A DNA stretch of 64,000 nt from Vicinamibacterales bacterium (GTDB lineage Bacteria > Acidobacteriota > Vicinamibacteria > Vicinamibacterales > JAMQPK01). The position numbers and the translations under genes are program-made. The stretch spans positions 1,451,855 to 1,515,854 of the forward strand of contig CAWHUA010000008.1 of NCBI GenBank assembly GCA_963832375.1. The letters run 5' to 3'. Shown piece by piece: positions 8,431-16,960 of this stretch; the first letter of the stretch is position 1; every line of letters begins with the position of its first letter. The notes below the pieces were generated by a model, which did no database searches, was not told the DNA's origin, and worked only from the letters and a program-made list of their open reading frames with translations.

Positions 8431-8481
8431 CTGAATCGGGCACACCCCGGACGGACCTCGAGGTGTGGCCCGATGAATCAG
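8431..8481 (-). promoter_or_regulatory. Imperfect 16-bp hairpin in the 5' leader, ending 3 nt before the ATP-grasp start codon
   Basis: CTGA-ATCGGG-CACACC (8431-8446) pairs with GGTGTG-g-CCCGAT-gaa-TCAG (8462-8481) across a 15-nt loop. No Shine-Dalgarno is visible outside the stem. Confidence 0.3.
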
Positions 8482-8543
8482 CAAAAACGCGTCCAGCCCC
8501 GAACAGTGGCGAAACTCCCATGGTTGCGGGCGTTGTCGCGAGA

Positions 8544-8558
8544 CGAACGTCACGTTCG
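8544..8558. promoter_or_regulatory. Perfect 15-bp palindrome CGAACGT-C-ACGTTCG in a divergent promoter region (candidate operator)
   Basis: Seen directly. It is flanked by TCGCG...CGCGA and lies between the divergent ATP-grasp (8427, minus) and APH-like (8686, plus) starts. Confidence 0.3.
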
Positions 8559-8685
8559 CGCGACGGTTATCCACGACAGCCGCGACAAAAGTCTGCGTGC
8601 TGACGGCCTTCCGGGTATCGGCCTCGTCGAAATGGGGCCAAATGCGTGGAGCACGCCTTGCACACCGGCGAGGGCTGTCTGATCC

Positions 8686-9750
8686 ATGGCAGCCATCACG
8701 AACGTCCTCGCGCGGATTGCCGGACGCAGCCTGTTCCCCGGGCGAAGCGCGAACGTCTCGCTTCACACCAGGCTGGCCGCACGCGTCGTCGAGGACCTCT
8801 CGCGCCATCTCCAGCGAAGCTGCCATCTCGACGGCATTCACCTGACGCGTACGGGCAGCCTCATCGTGCGTATACACGCCGATCGATCGTACGTGGCCAA
8901 GCTTCCGTTGTACGCCACCACCGAGCCGCGGCTGCGCCGGAGCGCGGACGCGTTGACAAGGCTCGCACAAGCGGAGTGGATGACGCCGTTTCTCGCCGGC
9001 CGATGCCCGGCCATCGTGCTGTCCGGGAAAGCCTCGGGGTCCTTCTACTCGATCGAGACCGCCGTGCCCGGGCAGGATGGCGCGTCCATTCTGAAAACCG
9101 GTGGCACCGCGGACGAGATGATCTTGTCGGCGGAACGATTTCTTTCGAAGCTGCAGAAGGCCTCGGCGAATCGGCAGTCGCACGGATGGCAGGAACACCT
9201 CAGTCGTGCCGTCACACGCGTATCCGGCCTGGCCGCGCGCGCCGGGGTCGAACGCGCCTACACCACGCTGATTGCCGATCTTCGCACGCGCCTGTCCGCG
9301 CGCCCGCTTCGCGCGGTGTACTCGCACGGCAATTTCTGGCTGGGGAATGCGCTGTTCGACACGGCGAACCAGCTGACAGGCGTGATCGACTGGGACTCGG
9401 CCGACCCCTGCGCACTGCCGGCGCTGGATCTGATCTATCTCGTCGTGCGAACCCACGGGCTGGCGCGCTCGACGAGCGTGGGCGAGGGGTTCGCGGACTG
9501 GATCGCGGCCGAATCGCTTCCCTTCCTGGATCAATGCGTGGCGCGCCATTTTCACGAGCTGTCGATTCCAACCGAGCTCGTGGTGCCGCTCGCCTACTGC
9601 AGCTGGATTCAGCACCTCGACGCCCACTGCCAGTTCCGCACGCCGGCGAGCCGCAAACGACAGTGGCTCGAGAAGAACGTCCGCGTACCGCTCGAGCACT
9701 GGGAGTGTTCTCCCGGTCCCAACGTGCAGCGGTGGCAGAGGGAACGATGA
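8686..9750 (+). CDS. APH/choline-kinase-fold phosphotransferase family protein with an atypical catalytic loop
   Basis: 354-aa ORF. The catalytic-loop region reads VYSHGNFWLGNALF followed by GVIDWDSA. This is the family pattern HGDxxxxN...IDWD, but with Asn (aat, 9331-9333) where the catalytic Asp is expected. Confidence 0.65.
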   Translation: MAAITNVLARIAGRSLFPGRSANVSLHTRLAARVVEDLSRHLQRSCHLDGIHLTRTGSLIVRIHADRSYVAKLPLYATTEPRLRRSADALTRLAQAEWMTPFLAGRCPAIVLSGKASGSFYSIETAVPGQDGASILKTGGTADEMILSAERFLSKLQKASANRQSHGWQEHLSRAVTRVSGLAARAGVERAYTTLIADLRTRLSARPLRAVYSHGNFWLGNALFDTANQLTGVIDWDSADPCALPALDLIYLVVRTHGLARSTSVGEGFADWIAAESLPFLDQCVARHFHELSIPTELVVPLAYCSWIQHLDAHCQFRTPASRKRQWLEKNVRVPLEHWECSPGPNVQRWQRER

Positions 9751-9798
9751 AGACGGACCGCCTGGTTAGCCCCGTCGAGGTCGACAAGTCCGCCCCCA

Positions 9799-9816
9799 GG
9801 CAGACTTCTGTCTGCC
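9799..9816 (+). terminator. Hairpin GGCAGAC-ttct-GTCTGCC, 49 nt after the APH-like stop
   Basis: Perfect 7-bp stem, extendable to 11 bp with one mismatch (CCCAGGCAGAC/GTCTGCCCGGG). No U-tract. Confidence 0.35.
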
Positions 9817-9943
9817 CGGGTACAGACGTCTTGGCGGTTGTGCACAGACGGACCAGTGAGTTTTCGCAGGAATTCAGCGGTTTTCGGCGTGTTTCCGGTA
9901 CGTACCGCTTTGGCGTGGGTCTTGAAGTATCGGAGGCCGTCAG

Positions 9944-10703
9944 ATGACACAACCTCTTGCGTTACATGATCCGCAGGTTCGCACCATCAGCGTGCTGCTC
10001 GTCTGCAACGAGCGCGTGATAAGCGCGGCGTTGCGCGCGCTGATTGACGGCCAGGATGGGATGACGGTCGTCGGCGAGGTCGATCGCACTGGACGCTGCG
10101 ATCGACGCAATTGCCTCTGTCCATCCTGACGTGACGATCCTGGATCCAGACAATTACAAGGGCAATGGCATCGCGGATTTGCTGCGTGCCGGCATGACCA
10201 AGACGCGCATCGTGCTCTTGACCGGCTCGCCGAACGCGACGCCGATTTCAGAGGCCCTCGAGAACGGCGCCGTTGGACTGGTGCTCAAGCAGCAGCCGCC
10301 GGAAGTGCTGATCAAGGCCATCATCAAGGTGTATGCCGGTGAGGTCTGGCTCGATCGGACGGCGACCGCGAGGCTGATTGCCGAGCTGTCCACGGCACCG
10401 GCTGTCGAGCCCGCCGACCCGGATGCCGCGCGCGTGGCGCTGCTGACCAAGCGCGAACGCCAGGTCGTGATGCTCGTCGGCGAAGGCCTGAGAAATTCCC
10501 AGATCGCGGATCGTCTGTGCATTACCGAAGTGACGGTCCGCAATCATTTGACTTCCACGTTCAGAAAGCTCGAGGTGGCGAATCGATTTCAGCTGGTCAT
10601 CTACGCATTTCAGCACGGGCTGGCGACGTTGCCGTCGCGCGTGAGCTCTCCCGCGACCATGCCCGCCGGGCGCGTGCTGGGATACCAGAAAAAGACCTCC
10701 TGA
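9944..10703 (+). pseudogene. NarL/FixJ (LuxR-HTH) type response regulator with an atypical receiver, interrupted by one apparent +1 frameshift
   Basis: The N-terminus (ORF 9944..10129, ...ISVLLVCNERVISAALRALIDGQDGMTVVGEV) continues in the next frame as ...LDAAIDAIASVHPDVTILDPD... (ORF 10131..10703). The C-terminal HTH reads LTKRERQVVMLVGEGLRNSQIADRLCITEVTVRNHLTSTFRKL. The junction lies at about 10080-10095. Length is 760 nt, i.e. 759+1. Confidence 0.7.
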
Positions 10704-10733
10704 GATAGCGCCTCGAGCGACGGATGTTGACGG

Positions 10734-10757
10734 TTCGCCCGCACGCATGCGGGCGAA
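10734..10757 (+). terminator. Strong GC hairpin after the first regulator gene
   Basis: TTCGCCCGCA-cgca-TGCGGGCGAA: a perfect 10-bp stem, 31 nt after the stop at 10703. No U-tract. Confidence 0.5.
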
Positions 10758-10911
10758 GCGAGACGGGAATGGTGTGCCTCGTGGGGGCCGCGCGCCTCTT
10801 CTGATTGGCAACCGCGCAGCGGGGGGAGATGCCTGACCGCCCCCGATTGGCCGCGCGGCCCCTGTAAGTCAAGGGGCGAAGCTGTGTCCGGGCAACTGCA
10901 AGAAGTCCCAG

Positions 10912-11724
10912 ATGATATCGGAAACACCTATCTCTCCTGATTCCTTCGACCAGCCGATCCGGATCGTGCTCGTGGGCAACGAGCGCGTGACGCGGGCGGG
11001 CCTCCGTCTGCTCATCGACAGCCAGCCGGGCCTCCTCGTCGTCGCCGAAAAGGAGTGCACCGGCGATCTGGTCGCTCTGCTGGCCACGGCCGAGCCGCAG
11101 ATCGCGATCATCGATCTGGACGGCACCAGCAGTGTGGAGTTCATTCCCAACGTCCGCGAGGTGGGCCTGTTGCGCACGCGCATCATCGTGCTCACCAGCA
11201 CGCCCGAGTCCGCGGCCTGCGCGAGCGCGGTGCAGCGCGGCGCGCTGGGGATCGTCTCGAAGCAGCAGGCGCCGGAGATTCTCATCAAGGCGATCGAGCG
11301 GGTGCACGCCGGCGAGGTCTGGCTGAACCGCGCGCGGATCGCGGGCGTGCTCGGCAGCCTGCGCGCGTCGGCGTCGGCGACGGTCGCCGAGCGCCGGATC
11401 GCGCGGCCGGACAATCTGCTGCCGCGAGAGCGTCAAATCATCACGCTCGTCGGCCAGGGATTCCGCAACAACGAGATCGCGATGACGATTTTCGTGAGCG
11501 AGGCGACCGTCCGGAACTGTCTGGGATCGATCTTCAAGAAGCTTGGCGTCTCGAATCGCGTGCACTTGATGATCTTTGCGATCCAGGAAGGGTTCGTGAA
11601 TCTCCCAGCTTCCGGTATCACCCCCGTGCCCGCTTCTCCCCGTGATGTGCTTCGCCTCGCGACAAGCGCGGGGCGGGCGTTCGACGACGATCCGGCAGTG
11701 CCCATCAAAGGCCACGTCAAGTGA
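10912..11724 (+). CDS. NarL/FixJ (LuxR-HTH) type response regulator with an atypical receiver (paralogue of 9944..10703)
   Basis: 270 aa. The receiver reads IRIVLVGNERVTRAGL...QIAIIDLDG...IIVLTST...GIVSKQ, so Asp, Thr and Lys are present but the acidic pair is N-E. The HTH reads LPRERQIITLVGQGFRNNEIAMTIFVSEATVRNCLGSIFKKL. Confidence 0.8.
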   Translation: MISETPISPDSFDQPIRIVLVGNERVTRAGLRLLIDSQPGLLVVAEKECTGDLVALLATAEPQIAIIDLDGTSSVEFIPNVREVGLLRTRIIVLTSTPESAACASAVQRGALGIVSKQQAPEILIKAIERVHAGEVWLNRARIAGVLGSLRASASATVAERRIARPDNLLPRERQIITLVGQGFRNNEIAMTIFVSEATVRNCLGSIFKKLGVSNRVHLMIFAIQEGFVNLPASGITPVPASPRDVLRLATSAGRAFDDDPAVPIKGHVK

Positions 11725-11735
11725 GGACTTCAGAT

Positions 11736-12969
11736 ATGACACCAGCACACGCGACACGGGCGTCATTCCGCATCCGGCACGTGCTGCTCGCCGGGATCGT
11801 GCTGGCCGCTGCGACAACGCCCGGGGCGGCACAGAGCATTGACCCTGGTGCAAGTGAGAATCGTCAAGTCGGGCCGCTCGGTCTCACTCCGACGGTGATC
11901 TGGCAGACAGAGTACGACGACAACATCTTCCATACTGCCGCTCGCCCCATTTCGGACATCGTGTCCACCATCGGTGGAAGGACCGAGCTGCGAGGACAGT
12001 TGCGGCGCATCGGCCTGAACGGTAGCGGTTCGGCAGACTGGGTCCATTACACCAGGGTCGGCAGCGAACGAGGCGCCAATGTTGGCAGCGCGATCAGGAT
12101 GGACCTGCTGTTCAACCGCGTTGTTCCGTACCTGAGCGGCTCGTACAGCAATTCGCGACAGCGCACCAATCTGGAAATCGATACGCGCCCTCGAATGCAG
12201 CAGTCAACAGTTGGTGCCGGCACGGTTCTACGCCTCGGCAGCAAAACGGGGCTCGACTTCAGCGCCAAACGCGCAATGGTGGCGTACCAGCAGGGCGCCA
12301 TGGACCAGGGTGTCCCGGTGGCAGACGCGCTCAACAGGACGTCTGAGCACGCGAGCGCGTCGCTGAAGCAGCACGTGACGCCATTGACGCACCTGGCGAT
12401 TGCCGCCGAACTGTCTCGCGAGACATTCGACGTGTCCTCGCAGCGAGACGCAGACAGCGTCCGTCTCTCGGCGAGCTACGAGTCTGAGGGCCGCCTCAAC
12501 GGACGTGTCAGTGGCGGGATCAGAATCCTCAAGCCCCACGATTTCAGCCTGCCGGAATCGCGCGGGTATTTCGTCGCGGTCGGCACCAGCCTGACTCTCC
12601 TCGATCGTCTGCAGATCGGCCTGGTTGCGGACCGTGATATCGCGCCTTCGATCAAGTCGGCGATCGCCTACTACGAGTGACTACAGCTTTGGTGGCTCGC
12701 TCAGTTACGCGATGCGCCGTTCGCTCCGGTTGACTGCCCTGGCGGGCCGACGTGTCGCGAACTACGAAGATGGGATCAGCGCGGCACCGCCACCCCCCGG
12801 TCAAGGCGGAGTGGACGTCCAGACGTCATACGGCTCGGGTGTCAACTATCGGCTCGGAGACTCAATGGCGATCGACGTCTCAGGCACGTATACCGAACGA
12901 AGCTCGCCCGTGCGGTCGCGGCGGTTTGACGGAATGAGCATCAAAGCGGGAGTCAGTCATGTTTTCTAG
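11736..12969 (+). pseudogene. Putative outer-membrane beta-barrel protein of EPS loci (EpsL-like), interrupted by one apparent +1 frameshift
   Basis: Signal peptide MTPAHATRASFRIRHVLLAGIVLAAATTPGAAQS, then alternating beta-strand-like sequence. ORF 11721..12680 ends ...SAIAYYE* and continues in the next frame as DYSFGGSLSYAM... to the C-terminal ...GVSHVF (aromatic OMP beta-signal). The junction is at about 12675-12679. Length is 1234 nt, i.e. 1233+1. Confidence 0.55.
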
Positions 12970-13801
12970 AAGCGTGTCCGGCGCGTTCATCTCGATGGTC
13001 CTGATCCTCAGTGGCAGTCACACGCTGCCACTCTCCGCGCAAGCGCCGCAAATCGACTACGTGCTCGGCGCGCAGGACGTCTTCAAGATCACCGTCTGGG
13101 GGCAAGGCGGCGTCTCCGATCGGTTCACCGTCGAAGGCGACGGCATGTTCACGTTCCCGATTCTGGGACGTGTCACAGTCGGGGGACTGACGGTACGGCA
13201 ACTTCAAGACGAGCTCACGAAACGGTTGCGGGACGGCTATTTCAACGATCCACGGGTCAGCGTCGTCATGGAGGAATACCGCAGCCAACACGTGTTCATC
13301 GTCGGCGAAGTCAAGACTCCCGGAACCTATCCCATCTCCGGCCCGATGACGCTGATCGAGGCGCTCGCGCTGGCCGGCTCGACCACGAACAACGCCGGGA
13401 GCGTCGCGCTCATCCGCCGTCGCACCAACGGCGAGACGAGCAGCAATCCCGTAACTCAAGTCAGCGACGGCATCACGGAGATTCGGGTCGATCTGACGGC
13501 GTTTCAACAGGGCGAACTGTCGAACAATCCGGTGTTGCGGGATGGTGACACGATCGCCGTTCTGCGCGTCGCGCCGATTTACGTGTTCGGCCATGTCGGA
13601 CGGCCAGGCGAATACACGGTGGGCAAAGAAGCCACCGTTCGGCAGGTCCTCTCGCTGGCCGGTGGTGTCTCCCAACGGGGTGCGGCGGGCCGCATCAAGA
13701 TTGTTCGTCAGACGGGCGGGCGCGAGCAGGAAATCAAGGCGGAGTTGGACGACCGTGTCAAGCCTGGTGACACGATCGTCGTTCCCGAAAGGTATTTCTA
13801 A
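12959..13801 (+). CDS. Polysaccharide export protein (Wza/GumB/EpsE-like OPX: Poly_export + SLBB domains)
   Basis: 280 aa with a signal peptide. Motifs: YVLGAQDVFKITVWGQ...FTVEGDGMFTFPILGRVTVGGLTVRQLQDELTKRL..GYFNDPRVSVVMEEYRSQHVFIVGEVKTPGTY; C-terminal DGDTIVVPE. Confidence 0.85.
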   Translation: MFSRSVSGAFISMVLILSGSHTLPLSAQAPQIDYVLGAQDVFKITVWGQGGVSDRFTVEGDGMFTFPILGRVTVGGLTVRQLQDELTKRLRDGYFNDPRVSVVMEEYRSQHVFIVGEVKTPGTYPISGPMTLIEALALAGSTTNNAGSVALIRRRTNGETSSNPVTQVSDGITEIRVDLTAFQQGELSNNPVLRDGDTIAVLRVAPIYVFGHVGRPGEYTVGKEATVRQVLSLAGGVSQRGAAGRIKIVRQTGGREQEIKAELDDRVKPGDTIVVPERYF

Positions 13802-16052
13802 TGTCCAGCACAGTGCAGTCAACTCAGGAGCCAGAGGTCCCCGCGTCGGTCTCCGGGCCGGACGAGTGGCACTTCCCCGACGTGATGTCGGTGCTCTACA
13901 AGCGGCGGTGGGTCGTCCTGTCCACCTTCGTACCTGCTCGCCTCCGCCAGCACCGCGTACACGTTTTTGCTCACCCCGATCTATGAAGCACACGCTCAGC
14001 TTCTCGTCGCGGAAAAACCGAATATCGTGACGTTTCAAGGGGTCGAGAACGAGCAGGGCGACGAGCGCAGCTATCTCGAGACGCAATACAGATTGCTGCG
14101 CAGCCGCTCGCTCGCACGGCGCGTCATCAGTGAATTGGGCCTGTGGAAGGCACCAACCGTGACGCCTGCCACGCAACCGTCCGGCGTCCCGGCCCTGCTC
14201 GGCCGCTGGAGGGAATGGATCGGGATGAGAACGGCTGGCCCCCAGGCGGGCTCCGGTCCCTCGTCTGCACCTAGCGAGGCGCCGGATCCTGGCGAAAGCG
14301 CCGCCGAGTCACGTGCGATCGATGGAATGCTGTCGCAGCTGAATGTCGAGCCGGTGCGGAACACGCGGATGATCGAGGTGACATACGAGTCTTCGGATCC
14401 GCAGCTCGCGGCCAAGGTCGTGAATACCCTCACGAACGTCTACATCAACCGGCACATCGAAGCGCGCTTTCAGGCGTCGAAACAGGCGTCGGCATGGCTC
14501 GCCGAACAACTGGCTGAACAGCGCCGCAAAGTGGAAGCCAGCGAGCTGGCCGTTCAGCAATACCGCGAGCGGGAGAACAGCCTGTCGCTCGATGCCGGCC
14601 AGAACATTGTCGTGCAACGGCTCAATTCCTTGAACTCGGCCGTGACCCAGGCCAAGACAGAGCTCATCGCTGCCGAGGCGCGCTATCGTCAGCTGTCCGC
14701 GGGTCACACCAACCTCGAAACGCTCGATTCATTTCCGCCCATTCGAGCCAACACGGTCGTCCAGCAGATCAGGGCACGACTGGCGGATCTCCAGCGCGAT
14801 CGGGCGCTGCTCGCCGGCAACCTCGGCGCGAAGCACCCAGACATGGTCCGACTCGACACGGCGATCGCGGGGACTGAACGGGAGCTGACCACCGAGATTG
14901 CCAACACGGTCGAATCCGTTCGCCAGGAGTACCTGGCGGCGCTCGCACGTGAAAAGCAGCTGACCGCCGCGCTGAACTCGCAGAAAGCCAGTGCGCTTGC
15001 GCTGAATCGCCAGGGCATCGAGTATGGTGTGCTGCTCAGGGAGGTCGAAAGCAACCGCGAGATCTATCAAAGCCTGCTCCAGCGCGCCAATCAAACCGCG
15101 GTCTCGAGCGAGCTGAAAGGCAGCAACATCGAGATTGTGGATGCTGCCGAGGTCCCGCAGCGCCCGATCAGGCCCAGCACGCGCTCGAACATCATTGTTG
15201 GCTTCTTGCTGAGTGCCCTTGCAGCTCTGGCGATGGCGTTCGTTCTGGAGGCCTTCGACAGCCGGATCCAAACGCCATCCGATGTCAGGAAGATGTTGGG
15301 TCTCCCGTTCCTCGGCATGCTCCCCTACGTGTCGAGCCGCTCGCTGAAGGGACATTCACTCGTACTCAGCCGTGGTGTCCCTGCTGCCTATGCGGAAGCC
15401 TGCCGGTCGCTGCGAACCAACGTGCTCGAGACGGCGCGCACCAAGGGCACGCGTTCGCTCCTGGTCACGAGCGCGTCACCGGGCGACGGCAAGAGCGCCG
15501 TTGCCGTCAACCTGGCGGTCGCGCTCGGGAAGGGCGGAAGCCGCGTCGTGGTCATCGATGCGGACATGCGACGTCCGACGTTGCATCAATTGCTCCAGTC
15601 CGAGCAGCGTCCAGGCCTGTCAGAGGTATTGGTTGGCATCCGCAAGCCGAGCGAGACGATCGTGACGACGAAGTGGCAGAACGTCTGGCTGCTCCCGAGC
15701 GGATCGAGCCTGTCGAATCCATCCGAGTTGTTGGGGTCGCGGCGCTTCCAGGAATTTCTCGAGAAGCTCTCCGAGTCCTTTGACTGGGTCATTATCGACT
15801 CGCCGCCGGTCATGGCCGTCACCGACTCGGCGGTCATCGCCCGCCTGGCCGGTGGGGTCCTGTTCGTCGTCAACGCGCAGCGTACGCGGCGGCGCGTGGC
15901 GCAGGCCGCTCTCGATCGGCTCGAGACCGCCGGCGGCACATTCGTGGGAGCGGTGCTCAACGCCATCGAAGTCGGGCACGACTTCTACTTCAACTCCCAG
16001 GTCCTACCTCCCCTTCTACGAGGCCAACGTCTCGACGAAGCGAAGCGCCTGA
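13801..16052 (+). pseudogene. Wzc/GumC-like polysaccharide co-polymerase fused to a BY-type tyrosine kinase, with apparent +1 frameshifts near both ends
   Basis: The N-terminus (13801.., ...VMSVLYKRRWVVLSTF) continues in the next frame as YLLASASTAYTFLLTPIYEAHAQLLV.. (Wzz motif, coiled-coil region). Kinase motifs: Walker A TSASPGDGKS, A' VVVIDADMRRP, B WVIIDSPPV. As it stands, the frame reads straight into Wzm (997-aa ORF). A +1 shift at about 15995-16010 gives the tail ..SYLPFYEANVSTKRSA* with a stop at 16050-16052. Length is 2252 nt, i.e. 2250+2. Confidence 0.7.
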
Positions 16053-16129
16053 ACATGACTCGGCCTCTCACACCCGGCGCCCACGCCCCGCTCTGCCTAC
16101 CATCCGGCCCACCAGCCGCGCCTGCAAGG

Positions 16130-16960
16130 ATGTCGGAGAGCTGGACCCGCGTGATCCGCCCGAGACACGGTCTGACCGGTCTCGACACCGGCGAGTTATG
16201 GCAGTACCGGGAGCTGTTGGTGTTCTTCGTCTGGCGAAACATTCTGGTACGCTACAAGCAAACCACTATCGGTGTCGCATGGGCTGTCGTTCAGCCTGTC
16301 CTCACGATGGTCGTCTTCACCGTGATCTTTGGCAGGCTCGCGCAACTCCCCAGCGCGGGAGTCCCGTACGTCGTGCTGACATGCGCAGCCGTCATACCCT
16401 GGCAATTTTTTGCCAACGGTTTGTCGGCTGGAAGCAACTCCATCGTGGCAGCGGGGAATATCGTCCGGAAAGTGTACTTCCCACGCATCTTCATTCCGCT
16501 GAGTGATTGCCTGAGCGGCGGCCTCGACTTGAGCATTTCGTTGGGACTGCTTCTCGGCTTGATGGTGTACTACGACATTGCATTGACCTGGAGCCTGCTG
16601 CTGCTCCCGTTGTTTGCTCTCGCAGCCCTGCTCACTGCACTCGGTGCCAGTCTGTGGCTGTGTGCGTTGCACGTCAAATACCGGGACATCAAGTACGTGG
16701 TTCCGTTCCTGATTCAGGTCGGGCTCTACGTCAGCCCGGTCGGCTTCATGACGGCTGTCGTGCCCGAACAATGGCGCTTCTGGTATCACCTGAATCCACT
16801 CGCCGGCGTCATCGACGGGTTCCGCTGGGCCATCCTCGGACCGGCCTTCACACCTGACTGGTCCAGCCTTGCCCTCAGTGGCATGGTGACGTCCGGCCTG
16901 TTGGTGACTGGCCTCTTGTACTTCCGACGAACCGAACGCACGTTCGCTGACCTCATCTGA
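16130..16960 (+). CDS. wzm: ABC-2 type polysaccharide exporter permease
   Basis: Start at MSESWTRV (ATG 16130); the alternative is ATG 16055, right after the hypothetical Wzc stop. Motifs: ELWQYRELLVFFVWRNILVRYKQTTIGVAWAVVQP and six predicted TM segments. About 276 aa, typical for Wzm/TagG/KpsM. Confidence 0.8.
   Translation: MSESWTRVIRPRHGLTGLDTGELWQYRELLVFFVWRNILVRYKQTTIGVAWAVVQPVLTMVVFTVIFGRLAQLPSAGVPYVVLTCAAVIPWQFFANGLSAGSNSIVAAGNIVRKVYFPRIFIPLSDCLSGGLDLSISLGLLLGLMVYYDIALTWSLLLLPLFALAALLTALGASLWLCALHVKYRDIKYVVPFLIQVGLYVSPVGFMTAVVPEQWRFWYHLNPLAGVIDGFRWAILGPAFTPDWSSLALSGMVTSGLLVTGLLYFRRTERTFADLI

Noticed and set aside
8428-9699. The upstream two-thirds of the 805-aa minus-strand ORF 7282..9699.
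   Set aside because: Only the last 381 codons carry ATP-grasp motifs. The rest is antisense to the well-supported APH-like gene and to the intergenic region, and its translation is low-complexity.
10803-10850. A direct repeat GATTGGC (two copies) and a G-run/C-run pair between the two regulator genes.
   Set aside because: The G/C runs do not actually pair (cgggggg versus cgccccc), and a 7-mer repeated twice is within chance expectation.
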